Shown piece after piece: positions 17,648 through 28,147 of a stretch of 64,000 nt of DNA. Position numbers and translations under genes: made by a program. This stretch comes from Bacteroidota bacterium (GTDB taxonomy: Bacteria; Bacteroidota; Bacteroidia; NS11-12g; UBA9320), in NCBI GenBank assembly GCA_002746305.1, contig NVWV01000005.1, positions 205,126-269,125 on the forward strand, read 5' to 3'. The notes under the pieces were generated by a model, which saw only the letters and a list, made by a program, of their open reading frames with translations, searched no databases and had not been told where the DNA came from. How positions within the stretch are numbered: the first letter of the stretch is position 1; the number at the start of each line of letters is the position of its first letter.

Positions 17648-20245
17648 CTATTCGTCCTCGTCTTTTAGAAGCCAGATTTTATCATCTTTGATTTCAAAAT
17701 CCACGTACTCCCTATCAAATATATTGTACCCTAAGATAATATTCTTAGACTGAATCATTTTGCATTTTACTTTCTTATACACCTTATCGTTAATCTTTAA
17801 TTCTTTAAGAGTGAAAGAAGTCCCAAATATTTTGGTTCCATCAGAAAGCTTTATCTTATCTCCACTGTCTCTAAAATCCTTGGCACTTAGTTTATTTGAC
17901 TTCATGAGTTGTTCCACTAGTGATTGAGGTATAAGAGTTCTTCTTTCCTCACCATTGTAGATGAACTTGATTTTTTTACGACCAATGTATCCGTATAAAT
18001 TATACACACCACCTCTGCCTTTTGTTAAAGGAATAAAATCATATTTAGCTAATAATTCTTCTTCAGCTTCTTTAACGAGTGTTATACTATCTTTAAGAGC
18101 TACTGCTCTCATAAAACTATCTATGTCACCTTTGGTTTTAGTTAAAAATTCTCGTTGTTTTCCTAAAAGGTAAGGACTGTATACAGAACCTTTTCCGTTC
18201 AGTGCATCATCATTTCTTTGAGCATAGTCAACCCCGATAGAAAGTACGTCAAAATTACAGTTTACAACCTTTACAGTTGTACGTCTGTTCTTTTGGTGAT
18301 CTTCATCACTACAATCAGATTTTACAGGGCCTTCACAAGGGCAATCAGTTACTAACTGGGATTCACCATAGCCTCTAGCTTCGAGTCGGAATGGATTAAT
18401 GCCACCTTTTTCTACTAAGAATTTTATTGCTTGATTTGCTCTTCTTTGTGATAAATCTAAATTGTACTCATACGAAGCTCTACAATCTGTATGTGATCCT
18501 AGTTCTACTGCCATTCTAGGGTATTTTTTAAGCGTTTTAATTAAATCATTTAATACAGGTTCAGCATCAGTTCTGATATAATCTTCGTTTAGGTCATAGT
18601 AGATAGGAAGAACGAAGACATCATTACAAGTGTTCTTCATACAAAAATCTTTTATATGTTGGCAATCCAATGAGTTTTCAACGCCCTTCGTACTTACGTA
18701 TTGTGGCTTGGCATCATAGTAATATGCATTTCTCTTAGAAACTTCAATGGTGTAATCCTTATTGATTCCTAAATCTGTTTCATAGTATCCTTTGTCGTCT
18801 GTTCTAAGTCTAATCTTACTAGAATCCACATTATTGCTAACTACAACAAGTGCATTTACAATTGCGGTTCCACTATCACAATCTGTAACTTGACCTTTAA
18901 GCTTACACTCAATAGGCTCCATATGAAATGAGAATATATCGTCTTGACTCTTGTTTCTGTTAGAGGTAAGATATCCATTTTCTTTGGTATCATCCATAAT
19001 AATTCCAAAATCATCACCTGAAGAATTTATTGGACTTTTCATGTTAGTAGGTACGTCCCAATCTGTTGGCCCCTCACCGGTTTTTGTAGTTTCAAAAATA
19101 TCTAGTCCACCAATACCTGGATGTCCGTCAGAAGCAAAGTAAAGAGAGCCGTCAGGGTGTGCATATGGAAACATCTCATTGTCTTCAGTATTAACATTTG
19201 GTCCTAAGTTAATAGGGGTACTCCAAGTTCTTCCTCTTCTCACAAATGTTACCATCCAAATGTCTTTAGTTTTTTCCAACGCATTGGTGTCTCCGTATCC
19301 CCCAGGTCTATCAGATGAGAAATACATAACCTTGTCATTGTTAGCTAATATCGGGTGGCCGTAGTTCCAATTATTATTTTCATCACCAGAACAAAAACTT
19401 AAAGGGTCGAGTGACATTTGCCATCCCTTGCCAGATTTTCGTGCTTCGTAAATCTTACACTTAGGCTCCTTACCCGAAACCCCATTGCACTGAGTAACGT
19501 ACATTTTGGACAAACGTCGATTAAAGGATATTGTCCCATCATTGTACTTTGTATTTAACCCCTCAACAAGTTCTGCTTTCTTCCATTTTTCAGATTTACC
19601 TCTTCCTCCACCTTTTTTTACTTGCCATACATCACTATGGCTTCTTAAAGTTCTAGAATATTGGGTTTTGCTGATTCCTTCTTGGCGATCAGAAGTGAAC
19701 ATTATTGTTTTCTTCTTTCTGTCAGCCCACATAGGGGAGAAATCATCTGCTTTTTTATCATTGGCAGGTTTAAAAGATTCAACTTTATATCTTGATTTTT
19801 CTTCTTTCCATGTTAAAGCTTTTTCGCAACCTTTAATCATAACTCCGACACGCTCATCTCCGGGCATTTCTTTTTGGAATTTTTTAAATTCTACTATAGC
19901 TACTTCATACTCACCAAGCTGCTTTTGCATTTGACCAATTCGGTAAATTACCTCTGGGTCTTTTGCACCATACTTTATGGCTTTAGTATAAAGTTTGATT
20001 GCCTTCTTTGGCTGATGATTAAACCTATAGCTTTCGGCACCTCTATAAGAAGCGGTTTGACGATCTTCCTTGGAAATATCCGGGTTACTGGCCAATTGAT
20101 CGTACATATCAGCAGAAATTGCATAATCTTTTTTATTCATGGCTTCGTTGGCCTTTTTCATAGTGGGGCCGCCACAACTAGCTAAAAGAATAATAAGACT
20201 GAAAGCTAAGAAAGCCCTCATAGAGTGATTTAATTTCAGATTCAT
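17648..20245 (-). CDS. PorE-like lipoprotein (TPR - PD40 propeller - carboxypeptidase-regulatory-like - OmpA_C) with extra C-terminal retropepsin-like domain
   Basis: Lipobox LASC; PD40 motifs FSSDRPGG and GGLDIF; OmpA ELGSHTDCR, LSQRRA, GYGESQL, NRRT; about 200 aa of extra C-terminus. Confidence 0.85.
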   Translation of the reverse strand: MNLKLNHSMRAFLAFSLIILLASCGGPTMKKANEAMNKKDYAISADMYDQLASNPDISKEDRQTASYRGAESYRFNHQPKKAIKLYTKAIKYGAKDPEVIYRIGQMQKQLGEYEVAIVEFKKFQKEMPGDERVGVMIKGCEKALTWKEEKSRYKVESFKPANDKKADDFSPMWADRKKKTIMFTSDRQEGISKTQYSRTLRSHSDVWQVKKGGGRGKSEKWKKAELVEGLNTKYNDGTISFNRRLSKMYVTQCNGVSGKEPKCKIYEARKSGKGWQMSLDPLSFCSGDENNNWNYGHPILANNDKVMYFSSDRPGGYGDTNALEKTKDIWMVTFVRRGRTWSTPINLGPNVNTEDNEMFPYAHPDGSLYFASDGHPGIGGLDIFETTKTGEGPTDWDVPTNMKSPINSSGDDFGIIMDDTKENGYLTSNRNKSQDDIFSFHMEPIECKLKGQVTDCDSGTAIVNALVVVSNNVDSSKIRLRTDDKGYYETDLGINKDYTIEVSKRNAYYYDAKPQYVSTKGVENSLDCQHIKDFCMKNTCNDVFVLPIYYDLNEDYIRTDAEPVLNDLIKTLKKYPRMAVELGSHTDCRASYEYNLDLSQRRANQAIKFLVEKGGINPFRLEARGYGESQLVTDCPCEGPVKSDCSDEDHQKNRRTTVKVVNCNFDVLSIGVDYAQRNDDALNGKGSVYSPYLLGKQREFLTKTKGDIDSFMRAVALKDSITLVKEAEEELLAKYDFIPLTKGRGGVYNLYGYIGRKKIKFIYNGEERRTLIPQSLVEQLMKSNKLSAKDFRDSGDKIKLSDGTKIFGTSFTLKELKINDKVYKKVKCKMIQSKNIILGYNIFDREYVDFEIKDDKIWLLKDEDE

Positions 20246-20312
20246 CGTTTATTAAGAACGTCAAAAATCTAAAATTCTGCTACCAAAAACAAATTAATCA
20301 TCGGATATAACT

Positions 20313-20354
20313 AAAAACCTTTCTGATTTCAAGGTAAAGAAACTCAGAAGGTTT
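20313..20354 (-). terminator. Possible terminator downstream of the glutamine synthetase gene
   Basis: AAACCTTTCTGA...TCAGAAGGTTT imperfect stem preceded by an A-run on the + strand. Confidence 0.4.
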
Positions 20355-20380
20355 CAGAAATGAGGTGTTATTTTATGTTA

Positions 20381-22546
20381 TTATTTGATGAACAATAATT
20401 CTCTGTATTTTGGCAATTGCCACATTCTATCATCAATAAGTTGTTCAAGTTTGTCTACATGGTAGCGAATATCATCAAAAGTTTCCTTCACGTTTCTATG
20501 ATAAGCAAGGGCCATTTTTTGAGAGTCTGTCTCATTATTTGCTTTTCTTCTCGCCTCAATCATTTTATCCGTTTTGGCTTTAGTTTCGTCAATGTGATAA
20601 GAAATTTCTGAAATCAAATCTTGTTGAGCTTTCCCAACAGTTAATTTAGAGTCTTTAAGTATCTTCACATTTTGAGCAAGGGATGTAAGATACTCAATAG
20701 ATGGAGGCATAATATAGGTGTAGACCAAGTCAGCAAGGATACGTCCTTCTATTTGGATCTTTTTGATGTAATCTTCGAGCATAACTTCTAAACGAGCGTG
20801 TAATTCTTCTTTCGTAAAGATGCCGTTATCTACAAAAGTAGAAATAGCCTGTTTGCTGATATAAGCACTTAATGCTTCCGCTGTGTTTTTAATATTACTA
20901 AGGCCACGTTTCTTTGCTTCGTTGGCCCATTCTTCACTATAGTTGTTTCCTTCAAATAGAATGTTTTGGGCACTTTTTAGTACAGACTTAAGTTCTTTAA
21001 TAATTGCGACTTTTTGTTCTGCACCTTTTGAAATAGCTTCGTCTACAGCCTTTTTGAATTGAATTAATTGATTTGCCACTGCACTGTTTAGTGCTGTTAT
21101 TGGTTGTGCCGAGTTAGTGGAGGAACCTACAGCCCTAAGTTCAAATTTATTGCCTGTAAAAGCGAATGGTGAAGTCCTGTTTCTGTCAGTATTGTCACGC
21201 ATAATTTCAGGAATTTTTCCAATGGTTATGGATTTTTTATCATCCTTATCGGAGACTGTTGAGTCTTCTAAAAACGCATTTAAAACATCTGTCAGTTTGG
21301 ATCCAATAAAGGCAGAAATGATTGCAGGAGGAGCTTCGTTTGCTCCAAGTCGATGATCATTAGACGCAGTAGCAATACTGGCTCGAATAATATCAGCATT
21401 ATCATGTAGGGCTTTTATGGTATTAATAAAAATGGTCAGGAACAAAAGATTTGAATTAGGATCGGAACCTGGAGATAGAAGGTTGACTCCTGTATTGGTA
21501 ATCAATGACCAGTTATTATGTTTCCCTGAACCATTTATTCCTGCAAACGGTTTTTCATGGAAAAGAACTCTGAAGTGATGCTTATGGGCAACTTGATCCA
21601 TCAAGTCCATTAATAATTGGTTGTGGTCAATAGCTAAATTTACATCTTCAAACATTGGAGCACACTCATACTGACCAGGTGCCACTTCGTTGTGTCTAGT
21701 TTTCAATGGAATGCCAAGCTTAGCTGCTTCCATTTCTACTTCAAACATATAGTTAAACACTCTGTCAGGAATAGACCCAAAATAGTGATCATCCATTTGT
21801 TGTCCCTTAGCGGGAGCATGACCAACAACGGTACGGCCACACATAACCAAGTCTGGACGAGCATTATAAAGAGCTTCATCTACCAAGAAATATTCTTGCT
21901 CTATGCCAAGGGAGGCTGTACAGGAAGAAACTTTTTTTAGGAAATACTTACAAATATCTGTTGCTGCTTTATCTATAAGGCTTATTGATTTAAGCAGGGG
22001 TGCTTTATAATCTAGAGCTTCACCATTATAAGAAACAAATACCGTAGGGATGCATAGTGTTCTACCCGTTGTATTTTCATGGATAAAGGCTGGAGAAGAA
22101 GGGTCCCAAGCTGTGTACCCTCGGGCTTCAAATGTATTTCTCAATCCACCATTTGGTAGACTTGAAGCATCGGGTTCTTGTTGAACAAGTGAACCAGCAG
22201 AGAATTTTTCCACCGCTTTGCCGTTCTTTGGTTCCCAAAAAGAATCATGCTTTTCTGCAGTAGACCCAGTAAGTGGTTGGAACCAATGTGTATAATGAGA
22301 TGCACCCTTGCTAAGAGCCCATCTTTTCATACCTGCAGCTACATGTTCTGCCATTTTTCTATTGATGGTCTTTCCATCATTTATAGAGTTGCTTACAGAC
22401 TCGTAAGCTTCTTTACTAAGAAAGTCTCGCATGGCAGTATCATCAAAAACATTTGAATTATAAAGCTCTGTGAATGAAATGTTTCCTTTATAGGAAAACT
22501 TGTTTTTTCGGGATGTTGCCGTTTTTAGGGCTTGACTACGCATCAT
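20381..22546 (-). CDS. glnA: Glutamine synthetase type III
   Basis: HYTHWFQPLTG, EPDASS, FEARGYTAWD, GSGKHNNWS, DRNRTSPFAFTGNKFE; 721 aa. Confidence 0.95.
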   Translation of the reverse strand: MMRSQALKTATSRKNKFSYKGNISFTELYNSNVFDDTAMRDFLSKEAYESVSNSINDGKTINRKMAEHVAAGMKRWALSKGASHYTHWFQPLTGSTAEKHDSFWEPKNGKAVEKFSAGSLVQQEPDASSLPNGGLRNTFEARGYTAWDPSSPAFIHENTTGRTLCIPTVFVSYNGEALDYKAPLLKSISLIDKAATDICKYFLKKVSSCTASLGIEQEYFLVDEALYNARPDLVMCGRTVVGHAPAKGQQMDDHYFGSIPDRVFNYMFEVEMEAAKLGIPLKTRHNEVAPGQYECAPMFEDVNLAIDHNQLLMDLMDQVAHKHHFRVLFHEKPFAGINGSGKHNNWSLITNTGVNLLSPGSDPNSNLLFLTIFINTIKALHDNADIIRASIATASNDHRLGANEAPPAIISAFIGSKLTDVLNAFLEDSTVSDKDDKKSITIGKIPEIMRDNTDRNRTSPFAFTGNKFELRAVGSSTNSAQPITALNSAVANQLIQFKKAVDEAISKGAEQKVAIIKELKSVLKSAQNILFEGNNYSEEWANEAKKRGLSNIKNTAEALSAYISKQAISTFVDNGIFTKEELHARLEVMLEDYIKKIQIEGRILADLVYTYIMPPSIEYLTSLAQNVKILKDSKLTVGKAQQDLISEISYHIDETKAKTDKMIEARRKANNETDSQKMALAYHRNVKETFDDIRYHVDKLEQLIDDRMWQLPKYRELLFIK

Positions 22547-22634
22547 TAGGTCGAATTTGAATGCAAAAATATTTTTTTGACCCGTTTTGACCTAAATAAG
22601 ATGGCTTTTTGTGAATAAAATCACAAAAAAGGAA

Positions 22635-23705
22635 TTATAAGCCTCCGGCTTTTAGTTTTTCGGCATTTTCAGCCATTTTTAAAGCGTCTATTAATTCAGA
22701 AATATCGCCGTTCATTACACCATTCAAGTTATACAGGGTTAAGTTAATACGGTGATCAGTAACTCTACCTTGTGGATAGTTGTAAGTTCTAATTTTTGCA
22801 GAACGGTCTCCTGTAGAGACCATAGTCTTACGCTGGGCAGCAATATCCCCATTTCTTTTAATTAATTCAATATCATAAAGCTTTGCTCGAATCATATCCA
22901 TGGCTATCTCTCTATTGGCCAATTGAGATCTAGCCTGAGAACAAACGACAACAATGCCAGATGGCTTATGAGTAAGTTGTACTTTGGTTTCTACTTTATT
23001 TACATTTTGACCCCCAGCTCCACCAGAACGCGAAGTTTGCATGTCAATATCAGCAGGGTTAATCTGTAAATCTATTTCTTCAACTTCGGGAAGAATAGCT
23101 ACCGTGGCTGCAGAAGTATGTACCCTCCCTTGCGTTTCTGTGTCAGGCACTCGCTGTACCCGGTGTACTCCTGCCTCAAATTTGAGAGTGCCAAAAATTT
23201 CTGCCCCTTCCACTTTAATGATGATTTCTTTAAAACCCCCAGCCGTGCCCTCAGTGACATCCATTATTTCATGTTTCCAGCCTTTAGTATCAAAGAATTT
23301 GGAGTACATACGGAACAAATCACCTGCGAAAAGGCTTGCTTCATCACCCCCAGCTCCTGCACGAATCTCTACCATCGCGTTCTTATCATCTTCAGGATCT
23401 TTTGGGATAAGGAGGAGTTTAATTTCTTCCTCTAATGGACCCTGTCGGGAGGTTAGTGTTTCAAACTCTTCTTTGGCAAGTTCCTTCATTTCTGGATCAT
23501 CGCTAATTTCGAGCATTTCTTTGGCTTCTTTCAGGTTGCCAATTAGGTTTTTGTATTCAAAGTAATGCTCAACTATTTGTTTGAGATCGCTATACTCTTT
23601 GTTAAGCTTCGTAAATTGCTTCATGTCCGAAGCTATCTCTGGGCTACTGAGTAAAAGTTCTACTTCTTTAAAACGTGCGTGTATTCCCTCTAATGTTTCG
23701 AGCAT
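22635..23705 (-). CDS. prfA: Peptide chain release factor 1
   Basis: VQRVPDTE (PxT), [18 protein letters not shown]. Likely start is ATG 23705; the track's TTG at 23723 sits inside a TATTTTTG promoter element. Confidence 0.95.
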   Translation of the reverse strand: MLETLEGIHARFKEVELLLSSPEIASDMKQFTKLNKEYSDLKQIVEHYFEYKNLIGNLKEAKEMLEISDDPEMKELAKEEFETLTSRQGPLEEEIKLLLIPKDPEDDKNAMVEIRAGAGGDEASLFAGDLFRMYSKFFDTKGWKHEIMDVTEGTAGGFKEIIIKVEGAEIFGTLKFEAGVHRVQRVPDTETQGRVHTSAATVAILPEVEEIDLQINPADIDMQTSRSGGAGGQNVNKVETKVQLTHKPSGIVVVCSQARSQLANREIAMDMIRAKLYDIELIKRNGDIAAQRKTMVSTGDRSAKIRTYNYPQGRVTDHRINLTLYNLNGVMNGDISELIDALKMAENAEKLKAGGL

Positions 23706-23729
23706 GATTTTATTAGACGACAAAAATAT

Positions 23730-24521
23730 CTAATACTCTGTAGGGTAAGAAATTATTTTGTTCTTGGTGAAATATGTTAGCTTATTTTGATAAAAGCTAA
23801 AAGATGTGTTTTTGGGGAGATTTGAATGGATAGTTAATGGTTCTCTTAACAATTTGTTATAGCTAATAAGCTTTTCTTCCTGCTTGAAAAATAACATCCC
23901 TTTTGTACTGGACACCGCTTTGGTATTCTTGATATAGTATGTTTTGGAGTATGTTGCATAAATGTCGAACTGATATACCCCAACCAATGAATCTGCGATG
24001 TATACTGAATTGTTTATATCCCATATCTTATAGGTGTTTAGTTCTTGATTTAATACATTATTTAAGAATGGTGACTCTGCAATTATTTCTCCTTTCTTGT
24101 TGATTTTCAGTAATTTATATTGAGAAAGATCAACGATCCAAATATTGTTATCAAATGATCTAGAAATACAAGATACGTTGTTAAAGTAATAATCATTTAG
24201 ACGTAACTCACCACGTACATTGAGCATATTGTCATAAAATACAATGATATTTTGATCTTGATAGAAGGCATATATTTCAAATGGATTTGAACAGTCTATT
24301 GAAGTTAATTCACCATAAGACTTTATATTTACATTCGTAATGAGCTTACCTTTAACATCATATTTGAAAAGTGTAAATGCCTTGTCTGCAACGAAATAGT
24401 TTCCCTTTACGTCTACGTCAAAACAGGAAATAGCCTCAACTTCGGTTAGAATCAGAGTGTCCTGAGCAACTGCTTGTATAGCAGTAAACCAACTAATCGT
24501 TATAAGTATGTAGCGAAACAT
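23730..24521 (-). CDS. Secreted hypothetical protein, probable beta-propeller
   Basis: Signal peptide; repeated DxxGNxY / DNNIWI strand motifs. Confidence 0.55.
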   Translation of the reverse strand: MFRYILITISWFTAIQAVAQDTLILTEVEAISCFDVDVKGNYFVADKAFTLFKYDVKGKLITNVNIKSYGELTSIDCSNPFEIYAFYQDQNIIVFYDNMLNVRGELRLNDYYFNNVSCISRSFDNNIWIVDLSQYKLLKINKKGEIIAESPFLNNVLNQELNTYKIWDINNSVYIADSLVGVYQFDIYATYSKTYYIKNTKAVSSTKGMLFFKQEEKLISYNKLLREPLTIHSNLPKNTSFSFYQNKLTYFTKNKIISYPTEY

Positions 24522-25236
24522 TATTGTCTTCTAAAACAGCATACGTGAATTTAGTAATCCAATCACCTAGGTTTATTAAACGTGTATTATTATTTAATGG
24601 TATATCCATTGGTTTATGCCTGTGACCAAATATGTAAAAGTCAATTTCGTTGTTGCTAGCGTGGTCCATAGCAAACTGATATTGATATTCCTGTTCTAAT
24701 GGGATATCAATATCATCTTTCACACTGTTCTTTTTTCTGCTCGAAACTGACAAAAGTTTCGCAAGACCAATACCGAAATTTGGATGTAGCCTATGAAATA
24801 ACCAAATTGCCCATCTACTTCTAAACAATTTTCGGATAAATTTATAGCTGATTTCACCTTTCCAAAGTGCGTCACCGTGGTGCAAATAGAATCTAGTCTT
24901 GTCAATAGTGATAAGCAATTCCTCATCTATAACTTCTAGGCCAACTTCCTTATTTAAGTATTCAAAAGTCCACATATCATGGTTGCCTTTGAAAAAATAA
25001 ATTTTAATGCCCCTATCCGTCATGGTTGCTAGTTTACCTAACAAACGTGCGTAGTACTTGGGAATAACAGTATTGTATTCGTACCAAAAGTCAAAGATAT
25101 CCCCCATTAAAAATAAGGTATCGCAATCAGACTCAATTTGATTGAGCCACCGTACTACTTTTTTTTCACGCAAGAGAGACTCCTCATAATTAGGAACACC
25201 TAAGTGAAAATCCGATGCAAAGTATACCTTACCCAT
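24493..25236 (-). CDS. lpxH: UDP-2,3-diacylglucosamine diphosphatase (metallophosphoesterase)
   Basis: SDFHLG, GDIFDFW, GNHD, HGD, FGHRH, NLGDW. Confidence 0.85.
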   Translation of the reverse strand: MGKVYFASDFHLGVPNYEESLLREKKVVRWLNQIESDCDTLFLMGDIFDFWYEYNTVIPKYYARLLGKLATMTDRGIKIYFFKGNHDMWTFEYLNKEVGLEVIDEELLITIDKTRFYLHHGDALWKGEISYKFIRKLFRSRWAIWLFHRLHPNFGIGLAKLLSVSSRKKNSVKDDIDIPLEQEYQYQFAMDHASNNEIDFYIFGHRHKPMDIPLNNNTRLINLGDWITKFTYAVLEDNNVSLHTYND

Positions 25237-25260
25237 TATTCTTAATACGAAGTTACAAGT

Positions 25261-28056
25261 TTAATGAGCCTCAAGCCAATTGTCTCCATGTCCAGCTTCT
25301 GCAATTACTGGAACCTTAAGAGGCATAGCATTTTCCATTTCTTCCTTAATAACTGCTGTGATTTCCTCTAACTCAGCTTTTGGAACATCAAAAAGTAATT
25401 CATCATGGACTTGAAGTAGCATTCTTGTGCCAATGTCCATTTTGCTGAAGCGATTATGAATATTAATCATGGCTAATTTTATCATGTCTGCAGCACTGCC
25501 TTGGATAGGAGCATTTATTGCGTTTCGTTCTGCAAAACCCACAACCGTTTGATTACTAGAATTTATATCTGGGATAAACCGTTTTCTGCCCATTATTGTT
25601 TTTACAAAACCGTTGTCTCTACAAAACTTGATTGTATCGTCCATATATTGTTTAACTCCACCAAATTGCTCAAAATATGCATCAATTAGGTCCTTAGCCT
25701 CTCCTCTTTTTATACCTAGGTTTTGTGAAAGACCAAAAGCTCCTTGGCCATATATCAAACCAAAGTTTACACTTTTGGCTTTATACCGTTGCTCTTTAGT
25801 GACATCTTGTACTTCAATACCAAAAACCTTAGCGGCTGTAGCCACATGAATGTCAACACCTGCATGGAAAGCCTCCATCATTCCCTGGTCTTCGGCCACA
25901 GATGCGACTATTCTAAGCTCAATCTGTGAGTAATCTACTGCAAGCAGGGTGTGATTGTCATCTCTTGGTACAAATGCCTTTCGAATCTCCTTGCCCATAT
26001 CCGTTCGAATTGGAATGTTCTGTAGATTAGGGTTCGTACTACTTAATCTACCTGTTGCTGCTACAGCTTGAGCATAATTAGTATGCACTCTTCCCGTTTT
26101 AGGGTGTATCAATTTTGGCAATGCATCTACATATGTAGAACGAAGTTTATTGACTTTTCTATAGTCAACTATTTTGCTAACTATCTCGTGATCCCCAGCT
26201 AACTTTTGTAAGGTTGCTTCATCCGTTTTGTATTGTCCCGTTTTAGTCTTCTTTGCCTTGGAGTCGATTTTCATATGGTCAAAGAGTACCTCCCCCATCT
26301 GTTTAGGACTAGCAATATTGAAATTCGCTCCAGATATTTCAAAAATGGTTTTCTCGAGGTCTTTTGACATTCCCTCAAGTTCCTTCGAGTAGTCATTTAA
26401 AAAATCGGCATCAATGCGAATTCCTTCCATTTCCATTGCGGAAAGCACAGGTACAAGCGGCATTTCAAGACGTTGCATTAAGTGAGCTACTTGCTTGTCC
26501 ATAAGCTCTTTATGTAGCTTCCCTTTAAGTTGAAATGTAACATCTGCATCTTCAGATGCATATTCCGTAGCCTTGTCCAAGGGAACATCTCTAAAGTTAA
26601 GCTGGTTCTTACCTTTCTTACCAATTAATTCAGTAATAGAAACTGGTTTATAATTCAAATATTTCTCAGAAAGAATATCCATGCTATGCCTTCCATCTGG
26701 ATTTGTAAGATAGTGAGCTAACATAGTATCGAACTGTGGTCCAGCTATGTGAATATCATATTTCAAAAGTACTTTTAAGTCATACTTTAAATTCTGTGCT
26801 ATTTTTTCAATGTTTAAATCATTGAAAAGGTGTTTGAATTCTCCAAGAATTGCCTTGGTTTCTTCAAAGTTGTTAGGCATATTTACATAGTATGCTTTGC
26901 TATTTTCATACGAAATGGCAAGACCTAGAACTTCGGCATCCATTTCTTCCAAAGAAGTAGTTTCCGTATCAAAACAGAAAGACTTTTGTTTTTCTAATTC
27001 GCTGATTAAAAATTTTCTTTTGTCTTGGCTATCAATTAATTGATAGTCGTGTTTTGTGTTGGATATATCTTTTAGTTCGATTAGAGTTTCGTCTTTCTCT
27101 GCAATTAAAGGTGAGCTAGCAGTGGCTGAACTACTTGGGGCAAACAAATCCCCTTGAATTGAGACAGAAGCACTCATAGTTTCTTTGAAAACACGCTTAG
27201 TTAACGTCCTAAATTCAAGTTCTGTAAAGAGCTGATTAATTCTCTCTTTATTAGGTTCTTCTAGAATGAGAGACTCCTCATTAAACTCTACAGGAACGTC
27301 AGTTATAATTGTAGCCAAGTGTTTTGACAAGTATGCTTGCTCCTTATTATCTTCTATTCTCTCACGGAGTTTGCCCTTTAACTTATCTGTGTTTTCATAG
27401 ATAGCATCCATACTGCCAAATTCCTTTAAAAGCTTGGAGGCCGTTTTGGCTCCAACCCCTGGAACCCCTGGAATATTGTCTACTGCATCTCCCATTAGAC
27501 CAAGATAATCAATGATTTGTTCTGTTCTATCTAGACCAAACTTCTCACAGACTTCCGCAGGACCCATAATCTCAGGAGGATTACCCCCTCTAGCGGGTTT
27601 GAACATTAGAATTTTATCCGTTACAGCCTGACCAAAATCCTTATCAGGAGTCATCATATAGGTTATATAACCTTCTTTCTCAGCTCTGGTCGCAAGTGTT
27701 ACAATTACGTCATCCGCCTCGTAGCCTGCTTTTTCTATTATTGGGATATTGAATGCGTCTATTATTTGTCGAATAAAGGGTTCAGAACGTTTAATATCTT
27801 CTGGGGTCTCATCTCTATTTGCTTTGTACAGTGGATATTCCTTTTTTCTGATGTTTTCTGACTTATGGTCAAAACATACTGCAATATGAGTTGGATTATA
27901 CTTTTCTAATATTTCTAAAAGTGTGGTAGTAAAGCCAAATATAGCATTGGTATTCAGACCGTAAGAAGTGATTCTTGGGTTTTTTATAAAAGCATAATAC
28001 GAACGGAATATGAGTGCATAAGCATCAAGAAGGAATAGTTTTTTTTCGGATGACAT
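25261..28056 (-). CDS. polA: DNA polymerase I
   Basis: 5' nuclease (YKANR, EADD, DNIPGVPGVG), 3'-5' exonuclease FDTET, polymerase DYSQIELR, KSVNFG, QVHDE. Confidence 0.97.
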   Translation of the reverse strand: MSSEKKLFLLDAYALIFRSYYAFIKNPRITSYGLNTNAIFGFTTTLLEILEKYNPTHIAVCFDHKSENIRKKEYPLYKANRDETPEDIKRSEPFIRQIIDAFNIPIIEKAGYEADDVIVTLATRAEKEGYITYMMTPDKDFGQAVTDKILMFKPARGGNPPEIMGPAEVCEKFGLDRTEQIIDYLGLMGDAVDNIPGVPGVGAKTASKLLKEFGSMDAIYENTDKLKGKLRERIEDNKEQAYLSKHLATIITDVPVEFNEESLILEEPNKERINQLFTELEFRTLTKRVFKETMSASVSIQGDLFAPSSSATASSPLIAEKDETLIELKDISNTKHDYQLIDSQDKRKFLISELEKQKSFCFDTETTSLEEMDAEVLGLAISYENSKAYYVNMPNNFEETKAILGEFKHLFNDLNIEKIAQNLKYDLKVLLKYDIHIAGPQFDTMLAHYLTNPDGRHSMDILSEKYLNYKPVSITELIGKKGKNQLNFRDVPLDKATEYASEDADVTFQLKGKLHKELMDKQVAHLMQRLEMPLVPVLSAMEMEGIRIDADFLNDYSKELEGMSKDLEKTIFEISGANFNIASPKQMGEVLFDHMKIDSKAKKTKTGQYKTDEATLQKLAGDHEIVSKIVDYRKVNKLRSTYVDALPKLIHPKTGRVHTNYAQAVAATGRLSSTNPNLQNIPIRTDMGKEIRKAFVPRDDNHTLLAVDYSQIELRIVASVAEDQGMMEAFHAGVDIHVATAAKVFGIEVQDVTKEQRYKAKSVNFGLIYGQGAFGLSQNLGIKRGEAKDLIDAYFEQFGGVKQYMDDTIKFCRDNGFVKTIMGRKRFIPDINSSNQTVVGFAERNAINAPIQGSAADMIKLAMINIHNRFSKMDIGTRMLLQVHDELLFDVPKAELEEITAVIKEEMENAMPLKVPVIAEAGHGDNWLEAH

Positions 28057-28147
28057 GGTTGTTCGGTCAAAAGTAAATTAAAATTGGGTTAATCATAATA
28101 GAACTACCTCACTCAAAATTTTACCTTTGTCCATATTTTGATTTGAA

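Noticed and set aside
19506-20185. 142-aa and 103-aa + strand ORFs
   Set aside because: Antisense to the PorE-like gene; composition typical of shadow frames.
23041-23565. 174-aa and 105-aa + strand ORFs
   Set aside because: Antisense shadows of prfA with no recognisable motifs.
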